From the IMG/VR virus record IMGVR_UViG_3300020192_000008, positions 32,001 to 96,000 of that record: DNA of 64,000 nt; one strand, 5' to 3'. Of the stretch, positions 38,217-48,630 are shown one piece after another; the first letter of the stretch is position 1; each line of letters starts with the position of its first letter. Both the position numbers and the translations under genes were made by a program. This stretch comes from a virus. Below the pieces are notes generated by a model. It saw nothing but the letters and a program-made list of their open reading frames with translations. It did no database searches and had not been told where the DNA came from.

Positions 38217-38982
38217 GGCCCACCAGAGGGAGTTGAGAGCGAAGAAGAAGCCGACTGTGGTCGAGAGCCTTCTCGACGCGCAGCATACGCCGGAGCTGCT
38301 CGCCTTCGACTGAGTCTTCGCTTGGTTCTTGACCTGATGCTTTCACACCGGGCCAGCGCTTCTTTATATCTTCCACATCCAGGGGGAAACCCTCGACGTC
38401 GGGCTGAGCAAAGCTGATGGGAGAAGAGACGACGAGCAGACCGTCGAACTTCACAGACTGCCGAGCGAACTCTTCAACCTCTGAAGACCAAGGGACGTCA
38501 TCTCGTATGCGGTTGGAGATGTCGACGGCAATGGAGATGTCCATGGCCGTGGGGGCCTGCATGATGTCGAAGTCCGGGAACATTCCGTTGAGGGCAACGG
38601 TGCACCAGGAGAAGACTTCCCACCGCTCCCAGAAGGTATCGACGAGGTGCAGCGTCTTGCACGCCATCACCTTCTGGAGGTTGATGTCACTACTTCCACC
38701 AAAGTCCCGGTTGATGTGGGCCTCTAGCGTCTCAGGTTCCCAAGTAAGCCATTCGACCCCGTACTTCTGGAGGAGGGAGAGATCGAGGGCGATGGGATGG
38801 GCATCGGGGTGACGGAAGAGGTTCTGCCGGGTCACCTGACCCGGCTGCCCTTCTACCCTTGCCTTGGGCTCTTCATCCTTGTCGCCGAAGACTTCGAGCT
38901 CCTCTGTCGGATCTTCTGGCAGGTCTTTCGACGCCAGCTTGACCCGACCACGGATGATGTCGAGCAGCTCGTCAGCGTCCAT
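38188..38982 (-). CDS. Hypothetical virion protein
   Basis: 264 aa with VKLAS near the N-terminus; TGATG-coupled. Confidence 0.6.
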   Translation of the reverse strand: MDADELLDIIRGRVKLASKDLPEDPTEELEVFGDKDEEPKARVEGQPGQVTRQNLFRHPDAHPIALDLSLLQKYGVEWLTWEPETLEAHINRDFGGSSDINLQKVMACKTLHLVDTFWERWEVFSWCTVALNGMFPDFDIMQAPTAMDISIAVDISNRIRDDVPWSSEVEEFARQSVKFDGLLVVSSPISFAQPDVEGFPLDVEDIKKRWPGVKASGQEPSEDSVEGEQLRRMLRVEKALDHSRLLLRSQLPLVGHGLHHFGRT

Positions 38983-40499
38983 CAGATGTTCTGCTCCGAC
39001 CCTGGTGCGTTCTCGGTGGCCATGCGGATGATCATCTTCTTCTGATCTACCGGCAAAGACTTGTAGATGGCAATGGGGTCCTTGATGAACTCATTGGCCA
39101 TGTCACCACCGAAGATGCCCTTGACCTGCTTGTACTCGGTGGCAGCGAAGGCAGCGAGCTGTTTGCCCGTGACGTACAGGTTGCCGATGATGTCACTGAA
39201 CTCCTCGACCGAGTCTTCATCCGACGCCGTCTTCACCTGACCGTAGGTCGAGTAGAAGGGGTCGTAGACAGCCTCGTCGTAGAGGTGGTCGATGCCGGCG
39301 ATCTTGTCGAACTCACCGAGAAGACCACGCAGCAGCTCGGGGTCGATCTTGCCGTAGTAGCCCGCCACCTTCTGGAGCAGGACGGCCTTCTCATCGGAGT
39401 CGAGGACGTTGCGGCGCATGTCGATGGCGGCCTGGAACTCGCTTGGTGAGGCGAGCTTCTCCGAGCCGTACTTCATGATGTTGACGGGCAGCATGACCCG
39501 CATGTCTCGCGCCCGCTTGACCAGGTTCGAGCAGTACTCGTGCCGGTCGCCTGGCTCGAGACGCTCACCGTACTCCTCGAAGTAGGCGCTCGCCTGCTTG
39601 ACCTGCTCATAGCTATCGAGCGGGTAGCGGCTGCCGAGGGCGTAGTGCGTGGCCCTCAGCTCTTCAGACCGAACAGATGCCTCCTTGTGGGTCACATCCA
39701 CGTGGGGCTCCATGTTCTTCATCTGCGGCTGCGAGGGAGGCTGCGCGCTGTACTGGCCGTTGGGGTTGCCTGGATCGGGGGCGTCATCGTTCGAGTGACC
39801 GGGGACCTTGCGGCCCATGGTCGTTGCCGCCGTCTTCTGCACAGCAGCAAGCGAAGACTTGGCGCCCTCTCCCTTACCCATCGAGGCGCTCAGGGGCATG
39901 GTGCTCGAGCCGGTGAGCTCGCCCTGCTTACCCATGAACGAGTGCAGGTCTGGCATGCCAGCCACCGCGTCATGGCTTGCCTCCTCCAGGTGCGAGAGGT
40001 TCTTGCCGACGTTGGATGCCGTCCCCTTGATGAGGCTCGGCATGGCCGCGTACTGAATGAGCTTGAGCGGGTCTTTGGCGAGGCTCGTGGCCTTGCTCTC
40101 GATGTACCTGCCGCCCATACGAGCCGCGCCGCCCGCCAGGCCTGCCACCTTCTCGAGCTCCTCGGGTACATCGAGCTCGTACCACTCGCAGGCGATCTTC
40201 AGGTTCTCGGCCGTCTTGACTTGCGCCTCGACGGGGAGCTTCTCTGCGTTCTTCAGGAAGTACAGCACCGAGAGGGCGGTGTTGCCCTCATCGACGCAGG
40301 CAAACTTCCGGAGCTTCTCTTCACCGTTGATCATGACGAGCGCGAAGGCATCGTCAGGCAGGTGGTCGAGACTCTCTGGTGACAGGCCAGAGGCCTGCTT
40401 CACGAAATCTGGGACGATGTTGGAGGTAGGGAACATGCCCTTGAAAAGAGTCCCACCGACATCGTCATAGAAGTCGAGGACAAGGCCGCTAGTACGCAT
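38982..40499 (-). CDS. Putative head/internal protein with many KxA motifs
   Basis: 505 aa with AAGGAG RBS and about 10 KxA motifs. First gene of the portal operon. Confidence 0.65.
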   Translation of the reverse strand: MRTSGLVLDFYDDVGGTLFKGMFPTSNIVPDFVKQASGLSPESLDHLPDDAFALVMINGEEKLRKFACVDEGNTALSVLYFLKNAEKLPVEAQVKTAENLKIACEWYELDVPEELEKVAGLAGGAARMGGRYIESKATSLAKDPLKLIQYAAMPSLIKGTASNVGKNLSHLEEASHDAVAGMPDLHSFMGKQGELTGSSTMPLSASMGKGEGAKSSLAAVQKTAATTMGRKVPGHSNDDAPDPGNPNGQYSAQPPSQPQMKNMEPHVDVTHKEASVRSEELRATHYALGSRYPLDSYEQVKQASAYFEEYGERLEPGDRHEYCSNLVKRARDMRVMLPVNIMKYGSEKLASPSEFQAAIDMRRNVLDSDEKAVLLQKVAGYYGKIDPELLRGLLGEFDKIAGIDHLYDEAVYDPFYSTYGQVKTASDEDSVEEFSDIIGNLYVTGKQLAAFAATEYKQVKGIFGGDMANEFIKDPIAIYKSLPVDQKKMIIRMATENAPGSEQNI

Positions 40500-40604
40500 C
40501 TGATGGGCTCCTTCTTCTTGTTCTTCTAGAACGGCAAGACTAGGCCGACCTCGGGGATAAAGGAAACGAGGGGCGGAACCTATCTCTGCTCCGAGGAGAA
40601 TACC

Positions 40605-41216
40605 ATGGCGGATGAGACACCACCTTGCTTTGGCAAGGAGTGGGATGGCAACAACTCAGAGTGCCGGGGCGGCTACGAGCACGGCTACATCAACCCTATC
40701 AACGGGTCGAACTCGAGAGATCAGTGCATCTTCTTCCGGTCTTGCGGGGCCCATACGCAGGCGGCCCGCGTGGGTCAGGCCCGCCTGGTTCCCACCCAGA
40801 ACCTCGTGAGGCTGCCGCCGGCGGCGCCCTCGGCGCCGGTGCAGGCACCGATGCAGACGATGGCCACGCAGTTTGGCCAGGTGCAGCAACAGCAGCGTCC
40901 GCTGCCACCACAGGCGCCAGTGCCTCAGCCCGTTTACCAGCAGCAACAGCAGCCGATGGTGCAGCAGGTGCCTTACGGCTACCAGCAGATGCAGCCGGTG
41001 AACTACCAGATGCCCGGGTACCTGACGACGCCGCAGATGCAGCAACCGAACGAGTCCTTCGCTTCGATGCTGGCGAAGAACCTGATGCGTTCGATGGCCA
41101 AGGCTGCCGGGCACAGCTTCAGCCACGTCTTCGACGTCACGCCTTTGGGCGACATCTGGGGCGGCGGCAACAACGGCAACAACCAGGGGGGACAGGGAAA
41201 CCCCGGGGGGAAGTAG
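40605..41216 (+). CDS. Cys-motif, Gln/Pro-rich hypothetical protein
   Basis: GAGGAG RBS, N-terminal C..C..C..C cluster and Q/P-rich centre. Confidence 0.65.
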   Translation: MADETPPCFGKEWDGNNSECRGGYEHGYINPINGSNSRDQCIFFRSCGAHTQAARVGQARLVPTQNLVRLPPAAPSAPVQAPMQTMATQFGQVQQQQRPLPPQAPVPQPVYQQQQQPMVQQVPYGYQQMQPVNYQMPGYLTTPQMQQPNESFASMLAKNLMRSMAKAAGHSFSHVFDVTPLGDIWGGGNNGNNQGGQGNPGGK

Positions 41217-41248
41217 ACCTTCGCCACCCTCAAGGGTAGAGATCGACC

Positions 41249-42949
41249 ATGCGTCTTGTGAAGCGCGAGCCTGACAGGGGGTACCTGGATTCACACCTCT
41301 GGGTACCCAAGTCCCTCATCAACGTTGAGGGTACGAAGAACACCCTCTCGTTCAAGTTCGAGAACGAGAAGGGTGAGCGTTACGTCTTCCTCTATGAGGA
41401 GACAGAGCATCACCTCATTGTGCCGCGTGCCTTCTGGAAGCCCGGAGATCTTGAGTTCCCCGTCGTTGACTGCAGGCCGCTGAGCTACCCGCACATCGAT
41501 GTAACAAGCAAGATCGTCCTGGACCTGAAGAACCCGGGCAAGACGCTGCAACGAGACGCGGTCAACGCCCTCCTCAAGGCTGAGGGGGGCGTGTTGCAGT
41601 TGGCCTGCGGTAAGGGAAAGACCGTATGTGCCCTTGAACTACTTGCCCTCATCAAGCAGCCGACGGTCATCGCCGTAGACAACAACCAACTACTCAGCCA
41701 ATGGCTCGAAGAGATCCACAAGTGGCTCGTCGTACCAGGGGGCGTGGAAGTAGTAAGGGGGTCGAAGGGGGACTGGAACAAGAGCATCATCCTCACGACG
41801 TACAAGACGCTGGGGGATATATCTGATTCTCTACCTCCCGAGATTCGGGCCCGCTTCGGTCTCTTCATCGGTGACGAGGGCCATCACATAGCAGCCCCCA
41901 CGTACTCGAGAGCAGCGGGCTTGTTCTTCGGCAAGAGGATCGCCCTGACGGCCACGCCTGAGCGGGTAGACGGGATGCACGTCATCACCGACTTCCACAT
42001 CGGCACCGTGCTCTACAAGGACCTCATCCAGGAGCTGCGACCGAGGATCTGCTTCGTCTGGACTGGCTTTCAAGTAGATCCGCTTGACCGCTCTGTGGCC
42101 AGCGAAGTCTGCGACATCAACGGAGAGTTGCACCTCTCCAAACTCGCTACCTTCTTCGGCAGGTGGAGAGAACGGCTTGAGTTCCTCATCGGTGAGTTCA
42201 GGAAAGCTGAAGCCGTGGGCCGGCGCATCCTTGTGCTCTCGAACTCTATCGAGGAGCTTGTGGGTCTGCTTGCTCTATGGAACAAGGAGCCAGAGCTGTA
42301 CTTCGAGAAGCCCAAGGTCACGCCGCAAGACGTGGGTGAGACGCTACCTCCTGTGGAAGTAGACGAGCGAAGGATTCGCCATCTCACGGGGAAGTACCAC
42401 GAGCTGAAGAAGCTTCTGCAGAGCAATCTCAACCCTGCCAAGAAGCACCAGACACAGCTCATGTTCGATGGGGTCTCCAAGGAGCTCAAGCAGCACGAGG
42501 TCTGGAAGAAGGTCTCGGCTGAAGAGACGCGAAGGTTCAGGGTGTACATCGAAGGGGTGCTTAGCAAGCCCAGCAACGCCGGCGTGATGATGGGGTCGAT
42601 GAAGCCCGACCAGCGGCAGCACGTTCTGAAGACGAAGCAGATCGTGTTCGCCATCACGAAGTACGGGCGAGAGGGGCTAGATAACCCAGATCTCGATACG
42701 GTCTTTACGTGCGAGCCGATGAGCCAACGGAACGGCTTGCAGCAGTTCATGGGTCGTGTTCTAAGGAACAAGGCGGGCAAGAAGTCTCCGCTGGTTGTGA
42801 TCTTCGAGGACGACATCGGCCCCATGAAGGGCATGTGCGAGAACCTCCGTCGACACCTACGTACATGGCCGGTAGAAGAGGGGGGGCCGTATGAGTTTGA
42901 GTTCGTCGGTCACCCAAAGAAAGGGATCAAGAAACCATGGCTGATCTGA
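41249..42949 (+). CDS. Superfamily 2 helicase (XPB/UvsW-like)
   Basis: CGKGKT, DEGHH, TATP, EGLD and QFMGRVLR motifs. Confidence 0.88.
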   Translation: MRLVKREPDRGYLDSHLWVPKSLINVEGTKNTLSFKFENEKGERYVFLYEETEHHLIVPRAFWKPGDLEFPVVDCRPLSYPHIDVTSKIVLDLKNPGKTLQRDAVNALLKAEGGVLQLACGKGKTVCALELLALIKQPTVIAVDNNQLLSQWLEEIHKWLVVPGGVEVVRGSKGDWNKSIILTTYKTLGDISDSLPPEIRARFGLFIGDEGHHIAAPTYSRAAGLFFGKRIALTATPERVDGMHVITDFHIGTVLYKDLIQELRPRICFVWTGFQVDPLDRSVASEVCDINGELHLSKLATFFGRWRERLEFLIGEFRKAEAVGRRILVLSNSIEELVGLLALWNKEPELYFEKPKVTPQDVGETLPPVEVDERRIRHLTGKYHELKKLLQSNLNPAKKHQTQLMFDGVSKELKQHEVWKKVSAEETRRFRVYIEGVLSKPSNAGVMMGSMKPDQRQHVLKTKQIVFAITKYGREGLDNPDLDTVFTCEPMSQRNGLQQFMGRVLRNKAGKKSPLVVIFEDDIGPMKGMCENLRRHLRTWPVEEGGPYEFEFVGHPKKGIKKPWLI

Positions 42950-43347
42950 TTCAGTTGCCCAAGGCAGCACAAGGCAAAGAGTCCGTGAACATCGACCAGT
43001 GGTGCATCGCCACCAACGGGCCCACGAAGTTCTTGGCCTGGTTCGACTGCTCCAAGGAGATGCTGCTGGAGCTCATCAAGGAAGGGGAGGTCGTGGTCTT
43101 CAACCTCGCTTTCGACTTCATGTCGCCGCTGCGGATGGCTGGTCCTGGCCGGTACGCTCGCGACCCCGTGGTGATGCCGTACGACTTCACCTCTGCTCCT
43201 ACGAACATCTACATGCTCGTGCAGACGATCGCGTTCTGCGTGGACATGCAAAAGGAGGACAAGAAGACGTATAAGGAGATCGTCGAGCAGACCCTAGAAC
43301 TGACTCGCCGCATGAAGCTGCAGCAGGAGTCGGGCATCCAGCTCTGA
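42937..43347 (+). CDS. Hypothetical protein
   Basis: 136-aa ORF within the operon. Confidence 0.6.
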   Translation: MADLIQLPKAAQGKESVNIDQWCIATNGPTKFLAWFDCSKEMLLELIKEGEVVVFNLAFDFMSPLRMAGPGRYARDPVVMPYDFTSAPTNIYMLVQTIAFCVDMQKEDKKTYKEIVEQTLELTRRMKLQQESGIQL

Positions 43348-43355
43348 GGTCAAAC

Positions 43356-44216
43356 ATGGTGGACTTCCGCAAGACGCTCCCCGTCCTTCAAGAGGAATGG
43401 GAAGACTGCACGAAGTGCTTCCTTGGAGAGAGACGAGCCGCCATGCGTGGCTCGTTTGTCTTTGGGGAGGGCTACAACAGGGGCATCCTTTTCCTTGGAG
43501 AAGGCCCTGGACGAGAAGAAGAACGAGAAGGCAGGCCCTTCGTGGGACCTGGCGGGGTACTGCTCCGGGCAGTCTTGGAGAAGTACAACTTCGACAACTG
43601 CTTCTTCACCGACATCGTTGCCTGCCGGTCCTGCGAACCGATGCTCGATGCTGACGGCAAGCAGGTGATGGGCAAGAGCTGGAAGGGCAAGCCTCCTGAG
43701 CCCGAGTTCAGGGACAAGCTGCCGATACCGACGGAGATCGAGGCCTGTAATCCCAGGCTATTCGAGACGATCTATCTCGCAGACCCCATCGTCATCGTTC
43801 CTCTCGGTCCTGTTGCAGCTCAGGCGTTGCTTGGCAGGCCGGTGCAGATGGGTGAGCGGGGCAAGCCCGCTGTTCTTCGCCTCCCCGGGGCGACGTACCG
43901 AGCTGAGCTCACAGAGAAGAAGAACCAGTGGCTACGGCGCACAGGCGAAGGTATGCGGCAGCCGGTCAGTCAGAACTTGGTCGAGTACCTTGTTCTGCCG
44001 ACCTACCCCACCTACTTCGTTCTGCGCAAGGAAGGAGACTCAGGCAAGGGCAGTCCGATGCACCTGTTCGTCTCCGACATCAAGCTCGCCATCGCTCTCT
44101 TCAACCGGTACCAGAACGATGCTCTGGGTGTACCGATGACCGCACAAGAAGTACAGACGTCATCCGACGAGGCAGAAGAGTTTGCCAAGGGGTACATCTA
44201 TGAAAACCAAGACTGA
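43356..44216 (+). CDS. Family-4 uracil-DNA glycosylase-like protein (divergent)
   Basis: CTKC.L Fe-S motif, GEGPG.EE...G.PFVG, IVAC, EIEAC and PLG..A. Confidence 0.8.
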   Translation: MVDFRKTLPVLQEEWEDCTKCFLGERRAAMRGSFVFGEGYNRGILFLGEGPGREEEREGRPFVGPGGVLLRAVLEKYNFDNCFFTDIVACRSCEPMLDADGKQVMGKSWKGKPPEPEFRDKLPIPTEIEACNPRLFETIYLADPIVIVPLGPVAAQALLGRPVQMGERGKPAVLRLPGATYRAELTEKKNQWLRRTGEGMRQPVSQNLVEYLVLPTYPTYFVLRKEGDSGKGSPMHLFVSDIKLAIALFNRYQNDALGVPMTAQEVQTSSDEAEEFAKGYIYENQD

Positions 44217-44622
44217 AGAAGTCCCGCACGAAGTGAAAGAGTTCCTTGAGGCTCAGGACCGCATCATCCGCTACCGGGAGGCTCACCCCGATGTCTTCGA
44301 GACGTACGAGGAGCTTGCCTCCACGTACAACGACAAGCTCGAGGCAGCTGACAAGGTCGTCCGGGGCGGGGCGCTGAGCGTGGGGCCCTTCGAGAAGTAC
44401 CAGGTCCAGAACAGCTACGACGCCGACAAGCTGTTCGAGGAAGTGGGTATGGAGAAGTTCCTGGCCATGGGTGGCACCATCAAGACGAAGGCTGTCTACG
44501 AGGTGGACCCCAACCGCCTCAAGGCCGCCATTGCTCAGGGCACTGTGCCAGCTGACGTGGTGAAGAAGGTGCACAAGGAGACACCGAAGTACCACAAGCC
44601 ACAGAAGCTGGTGGTCAGGTGA
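44200..44622 (+). CDS. Hypothetical protein
   Basis: ATG 44200 (MKTKTEEV), strongly biased codons. Confidence 0.65.
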   Translation: MKTKTEEVPHEVKEFLEAQDRIIRYREAHPDVFETYEELASTYNDKLEAADKVVRGGALSVGPFEKYQVQNSYDADKLFEEVGMEKFLAMGGTIKTKAVYEVDPNRLKAAIAQGTVPADVVKKVHKETPKYHKPQKLVVR

Positions 44623-44942
44623 GGACGGCGAAGTTCAACGCGCTCTCCGTCAAGGAGCTTTCTGCCAACTTCATCAGCTCTGACCCAGCGCTTGAGGGCA
44701 AAGCAGCCTTCGTCAGCACGCTGACGCAGAAGACGCATGGTCAGACCATTGGCAAGGTCTGGAGCAAGGACACCCTCGACTTGCTCACCCAGCTCAAGGC
44801 CTCGATGGAAGCAGACCTCGAGACGGTTCACTTCGCTGACGGGCCGACCAGTTCTTCCATCAACCAGCAACCTCGTCAGATCGACGAGGCTTTTGAGGGT
44901 GGGGGCATAGGCGAACACATCGGTGGTGAACGTCAAGTGTTA
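44619..44942 (+). CDS. Hypothetical protein; in-frame TTA at 44940-44942 (TGA four codons later)
   Basis: GTGA-coupled start; 107 aa up to TTA. Confidence 0.6.
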
Positions 44943-44997
44943 CCCCGATGTTGACAGCTTGAGGTGGCTCTTGCAGCGTTGCATCCACCTACCCAGG

Positions 44998-45024
44998 AAG
45001 CCAGGCCCTACCCGCCTGGCTTTT
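44998..45024 (+). terminator. Intrinsic terminator upstream of the DnaB-like gene
   Basis: AAGCCAGGC/GCCTGGCTT stem followed by TT. Confidence 0.55.
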
Positions 45025-45047
45025 CGTTACCCGCGCTCGGAGGATGA

Positions 45048-46430
45048 ATGGCTAGCAGCGAGCACCAGCTCATTTCCCTGATCATGAAGACAGGGGATTT
45101 GAAGACAGTACTCGAGTGGGGGATCACCGAAGACGATCTCCTGATGAACGACACGAACTCGGCGTTCAAGATCTTGATGTCGGTGTACACGAGCCCCGAT
45201 TCAAGGGGCGCTGTACTTGGGCCGTCATCAGCACTTGAGAGGTACCTGCCCGCGTGGCAGTTCGAGGTTGATGCGGGCATGACGCTCAACTTCCTTTGCA
45301 GCGAGGTGCGCAAGCGCAGGCTGTCGAAGGAGCTGAAACTCAAGGCACAGGCCTGCATCGAGTACGCAGACCTCAACCCTGAGGAGGCATTCAACCAGTT
45401 GAACGAGGCAGTGACCCTCTACCGCAACATCGATGCCGGCAAGTCAACAGACGTTGACCTGGCAACGGGCATGAAGAAGGTCATCGCGAAGTACAACAAG
45501 GCCAAGAACGGGCAGAGCATCGGCCGGTTCATGTGGCCTTGGAAGCCTCTGCAAGAGGCTACTGGTGGTGTGGCTGACGATGAGTTCGCCGTCTTCTACG
45601 GCAGGCCCAAGAGCATGAAGTCTTGGATCTTGATGTACCTCATCACCTTCGCCTTCGAGATGAACCAGAAGGTTCTCTTCTACACCAAGGAGATGACCGA
45701 CGAGCAGTGCTACCAGCGGATGGCCGCCATCATGGTCGGCGCTCTCTACCAGGACCTGCGCCTGGGCAAGCTGCCTGCCTTCCAGGAAGAGCAGCTGCAC
45801 GTCATCCAGCAGGTGGCCGAGGAGATGGCCTCGAAGAACAGGATGATCTGCCTCACGGCCAAGGACGTCGCTGGCAGGGACACCCCCAGCTGGCTGCGAG
45901 GCAAGATCGAGAAGTACCACCCCGACGTTGTCTTCGTCGACGGTCTGTACCTGATGAGCCCCGAGGCTCGCCGTAAGACGATGCAAGACCACGAGCGTGT
46001 TCGGGAGATCTCCCGTGACGTTCGACGCATCGTTCTCGAAGAGAAGGTCCCGCTGATGGCCACCATGCAGGCCAACCGGCAGGCAGCGAAGCACTCTGAA
46101 GGCAACCTTGATGAGATCGCCTTCTCTGACTCGCTCTCGCAAGACTGCACCATGGCTTGCCGGGTGATGTCCGACAAGCACCAGCCCACCATCAGCCTCG
46201 TGATGGCCGGCTCTCGTGAGTGGACGCTCGACGGGTTCCGGGTGCACGGCATCCCAGCGAGCAACTTCAGCTTCCACTCGGTTCTGACCAGCAAGGAGAT
46301 CGAACAGGTCAGGAAGAACGACGAAGAGGAGGACGAGCCGAAGGACAAGAAGCCCGTACGTCAGCCCCGCACGTTGGGGGCAGAGAAGCCTGCTCCCAAC
46401 TACAAGAAGACGCTCGAGAACATGCCGTTA
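45048..46430 (+). CDS. dnaB: DnaB-like replicative helicase; ends at TTA overlapping the primase ATG
   Basis: GGAGG RBS; GRPKSMKS Walker A, FVDGLYLM Walker B, MQANR and SDSLSQD. In-frame TTA at 46428-46430. Confidence 0.82.
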
Positions 46431-47398
46431 TGGACAGGCACTCGGAGGTACTTGCTATCGCACAGAAGTACCTTCACAAGGTCAAGAAGAGCGGGCCAGA
46501 CAACGTCATGGCGTTCTGCCCCTTCCACGACAACGTGAACACCCCGGCGTTCACGATGTCGTTGACCAAGGGCATCTGGTTCTGTTTCTCATGCCACGCC
46601 AAGGGAACACTCAAGATGTTCCTCAAGGCGATGGGCATAGGCGAGGGTCTTGTTCAGACGCACTACGGCTCGCTCATCGACGCCCTACGCAAGAACGTAG
46701 ACCCGGCCTTTGATCCCAACAAGCCTGGGGTCATCTGCCAAGAGCCTCTCGACGAAGCCATCCTCGGGTTCTTTCACGAGTGCCCGATGGATCTAATCAA
46801 CGAGGGCTTCACCGAGGAAACCCTGCTCCACTTTGGGGTGGGGTTCGACAAGAAGCACAACCGCATCACGTACCCCATCCGAGACTTCACGGGGAACCTG
46901 GTCGGCATCAGCGGGCGCACTGTTACAGGTGCCTACCCGAAGTACAAGGTCTACGACCTGGAGTACAAGGACTTCGGTCTGGGCGTCTACCACACCGACA
47001 AGTCTCGGTACCTCTGGAACTCGAGCGAGGTCTACCCTCAAGTCTACTTCTCAAGGGGCGAGAAGGTCGTGCTCGTTGAGGGCTTCAAGGCCTGCATGTG
47101 GGCCTGGCAAGCGGGTATAAAGAATGTGCTAGCCCTTCTAGGCTCATCAATGTCAGCCCAACAGAAGTGGGTGCTTGAGCGTCTAGGCGCACCGGTGTAC
47201 CTCTGGCTAGACAACGACGACGCCGGCCGTAATGGCACGAAGAAGATTGGCGATGATCTGTCCAAGTCCTTGGACGTGTTTGTCATCGGCTACGAAGAAG
47301 CGCAACCGAGTGATCTCGCCCTTGAAGATGTCCAGAGTAAAGTCGCCTCCGCGACGGACTATCACCTGTGGGCAGTAAGAAAGTACCTGAAAGGTTTA
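46430..47398 (+). CDS. dnaG: DnaG-like primase
   Basis: CPFH...CFSC zinc finger, GR...KY, and TOPRIM motifs VEGF and DNDDAG. Starts at a TTATG and ends TTA TGA. Confidence 0.88.
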
Positions 47399-48555
47399 TG
47401 AACATGGGCTCCTACGGCAAGACTGATATGAAGAACGCCCCGACCACCTTCCGCCAGTCGGTGGCCAGCCAGCAGAAACAGAAGCCCGAGAAGACTGGTG
47501 CTGGCGGGGGGAACGTCCCCTACTTCGTCAACCAGTTCAAACCCTCGACGGAAGAGCCAGACGTGGTGCGCCTCCTCAAGGGGGAGTACCCGGTCCAGCT
47601 GGCTGGGCAGAACGGTGAGCTGGTCGAGCAGACGCTCGCCTACTACATCTACCGCGAGCACTTCGATGGCCGTACCAACAAGAGCGCCATCTGCTCAGCG
47701 GGACCGTTCGCGATGGACCGCAAGAAGCGCCAGCCCTGCGATGGCTGCGACATCTACTGGGAGGAGCGGTCTGCGGGCAAGAAGCAGAACAACCGCATGT
47801 CCAACCGGGAGATGTACGTCTTCTCGATGCTTCATCACGCCAACTACGTGAAGACCGAGCAGCTCGACCGCAACACCGGCGCCGTGAAGGTGAACGATGA
47901 CGGCCAGCCGTACATGAACTGGGTACGGATGATGGCCCACGAGCGTGGGAAGTTCGCTGGCAAGGAGATGAAGGACGCCAACGCCCTTCACTGGGCCATG
48001 GGCTTCAACCACTTCAACGTCATCCGCGAGTACGACAAGCAGATCGGCAAGTCGTGCAGGGCGTGTGGTGTGAAGGCTGGGCGCAAGGGCGCTCACGAGG
48101 TCGGGGTCAAGAGCGAGGCGTGGTGTTGCCAGGGCTGCGGGGAGGCGCTCATCGAGGTCGACTCAACGGAGCTGGCGCCCAAGCAGATCGACGAGATCAC
48201 GTCTGACGTGGTCGAGTGCGCTGTGTGCAAGCGTGTCGGCTACCTGCAGGAGATGGTGTCCTGCACCGAGTGCTCGGATGGAACGCGCTCGGAGATCTTC
48301 GACGTGGACCTGGAGGTTCAGCGGGTGAAGCCTGCTGATGGTGGCAACCAGACGGTGCTGGCCATTGTGGGCTGGGCGAACCCGCACCCCATCGACCCTC
48401 GGCATGTGGAGATTGCCAGGCCGCTGGAGCTGCCGAAGATCTACGCGCCTACCCCGCTCGAGCGTCAGCACGAGCTCTTCGGTAGCTCGGGGAGGCAGCC
48501 GGTCACCGCTGGCAGCAAGCCCTACGGCGGGCCTCCGACTCTCGGCGGCAAGTTA
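47398..48555 (+). CDS. Probable ssDNA-binding protein with Cys clusters; ends at TTA
   Basis: Lies between primase and polymerase, with a gp32-like H..C..C..C pattern. TTA 48553-48555 immediately precedes a terminator. Confidence 0.5.
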
Positions 48556-48559
48556 GCAA

Positions 48560-48598
48560 AAAGGGGGAGCGGGTGATGAGCCCGCTCCCCCTTTCTCT
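48560..48598 (+). terminator. Intrinsic terminator
   Basis: 14-bp stem AAAGGGGGAGCGGG/CCCGCTCCCCCTTT with a pyrimidine tail. Confidence 0.75.
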
Positions 48599-48630
48599 AT
48601 CTACCCTACCGCCTACCCGGAGCGCCCTAC

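Noticed and set aside
15479-40545. TCTTG upstream of three minus-strand operon starts as a late promoter
   Set aside because: It is only 5 nt, with inconsistent spacing and no shared second element.
44951-44980. Perfect TTGACA as a sigma70 -35 box
   Set aside because: There is no credible -10 at 16-18 nt spacing (CAGCGT), and a terminator-like hairpin follows.
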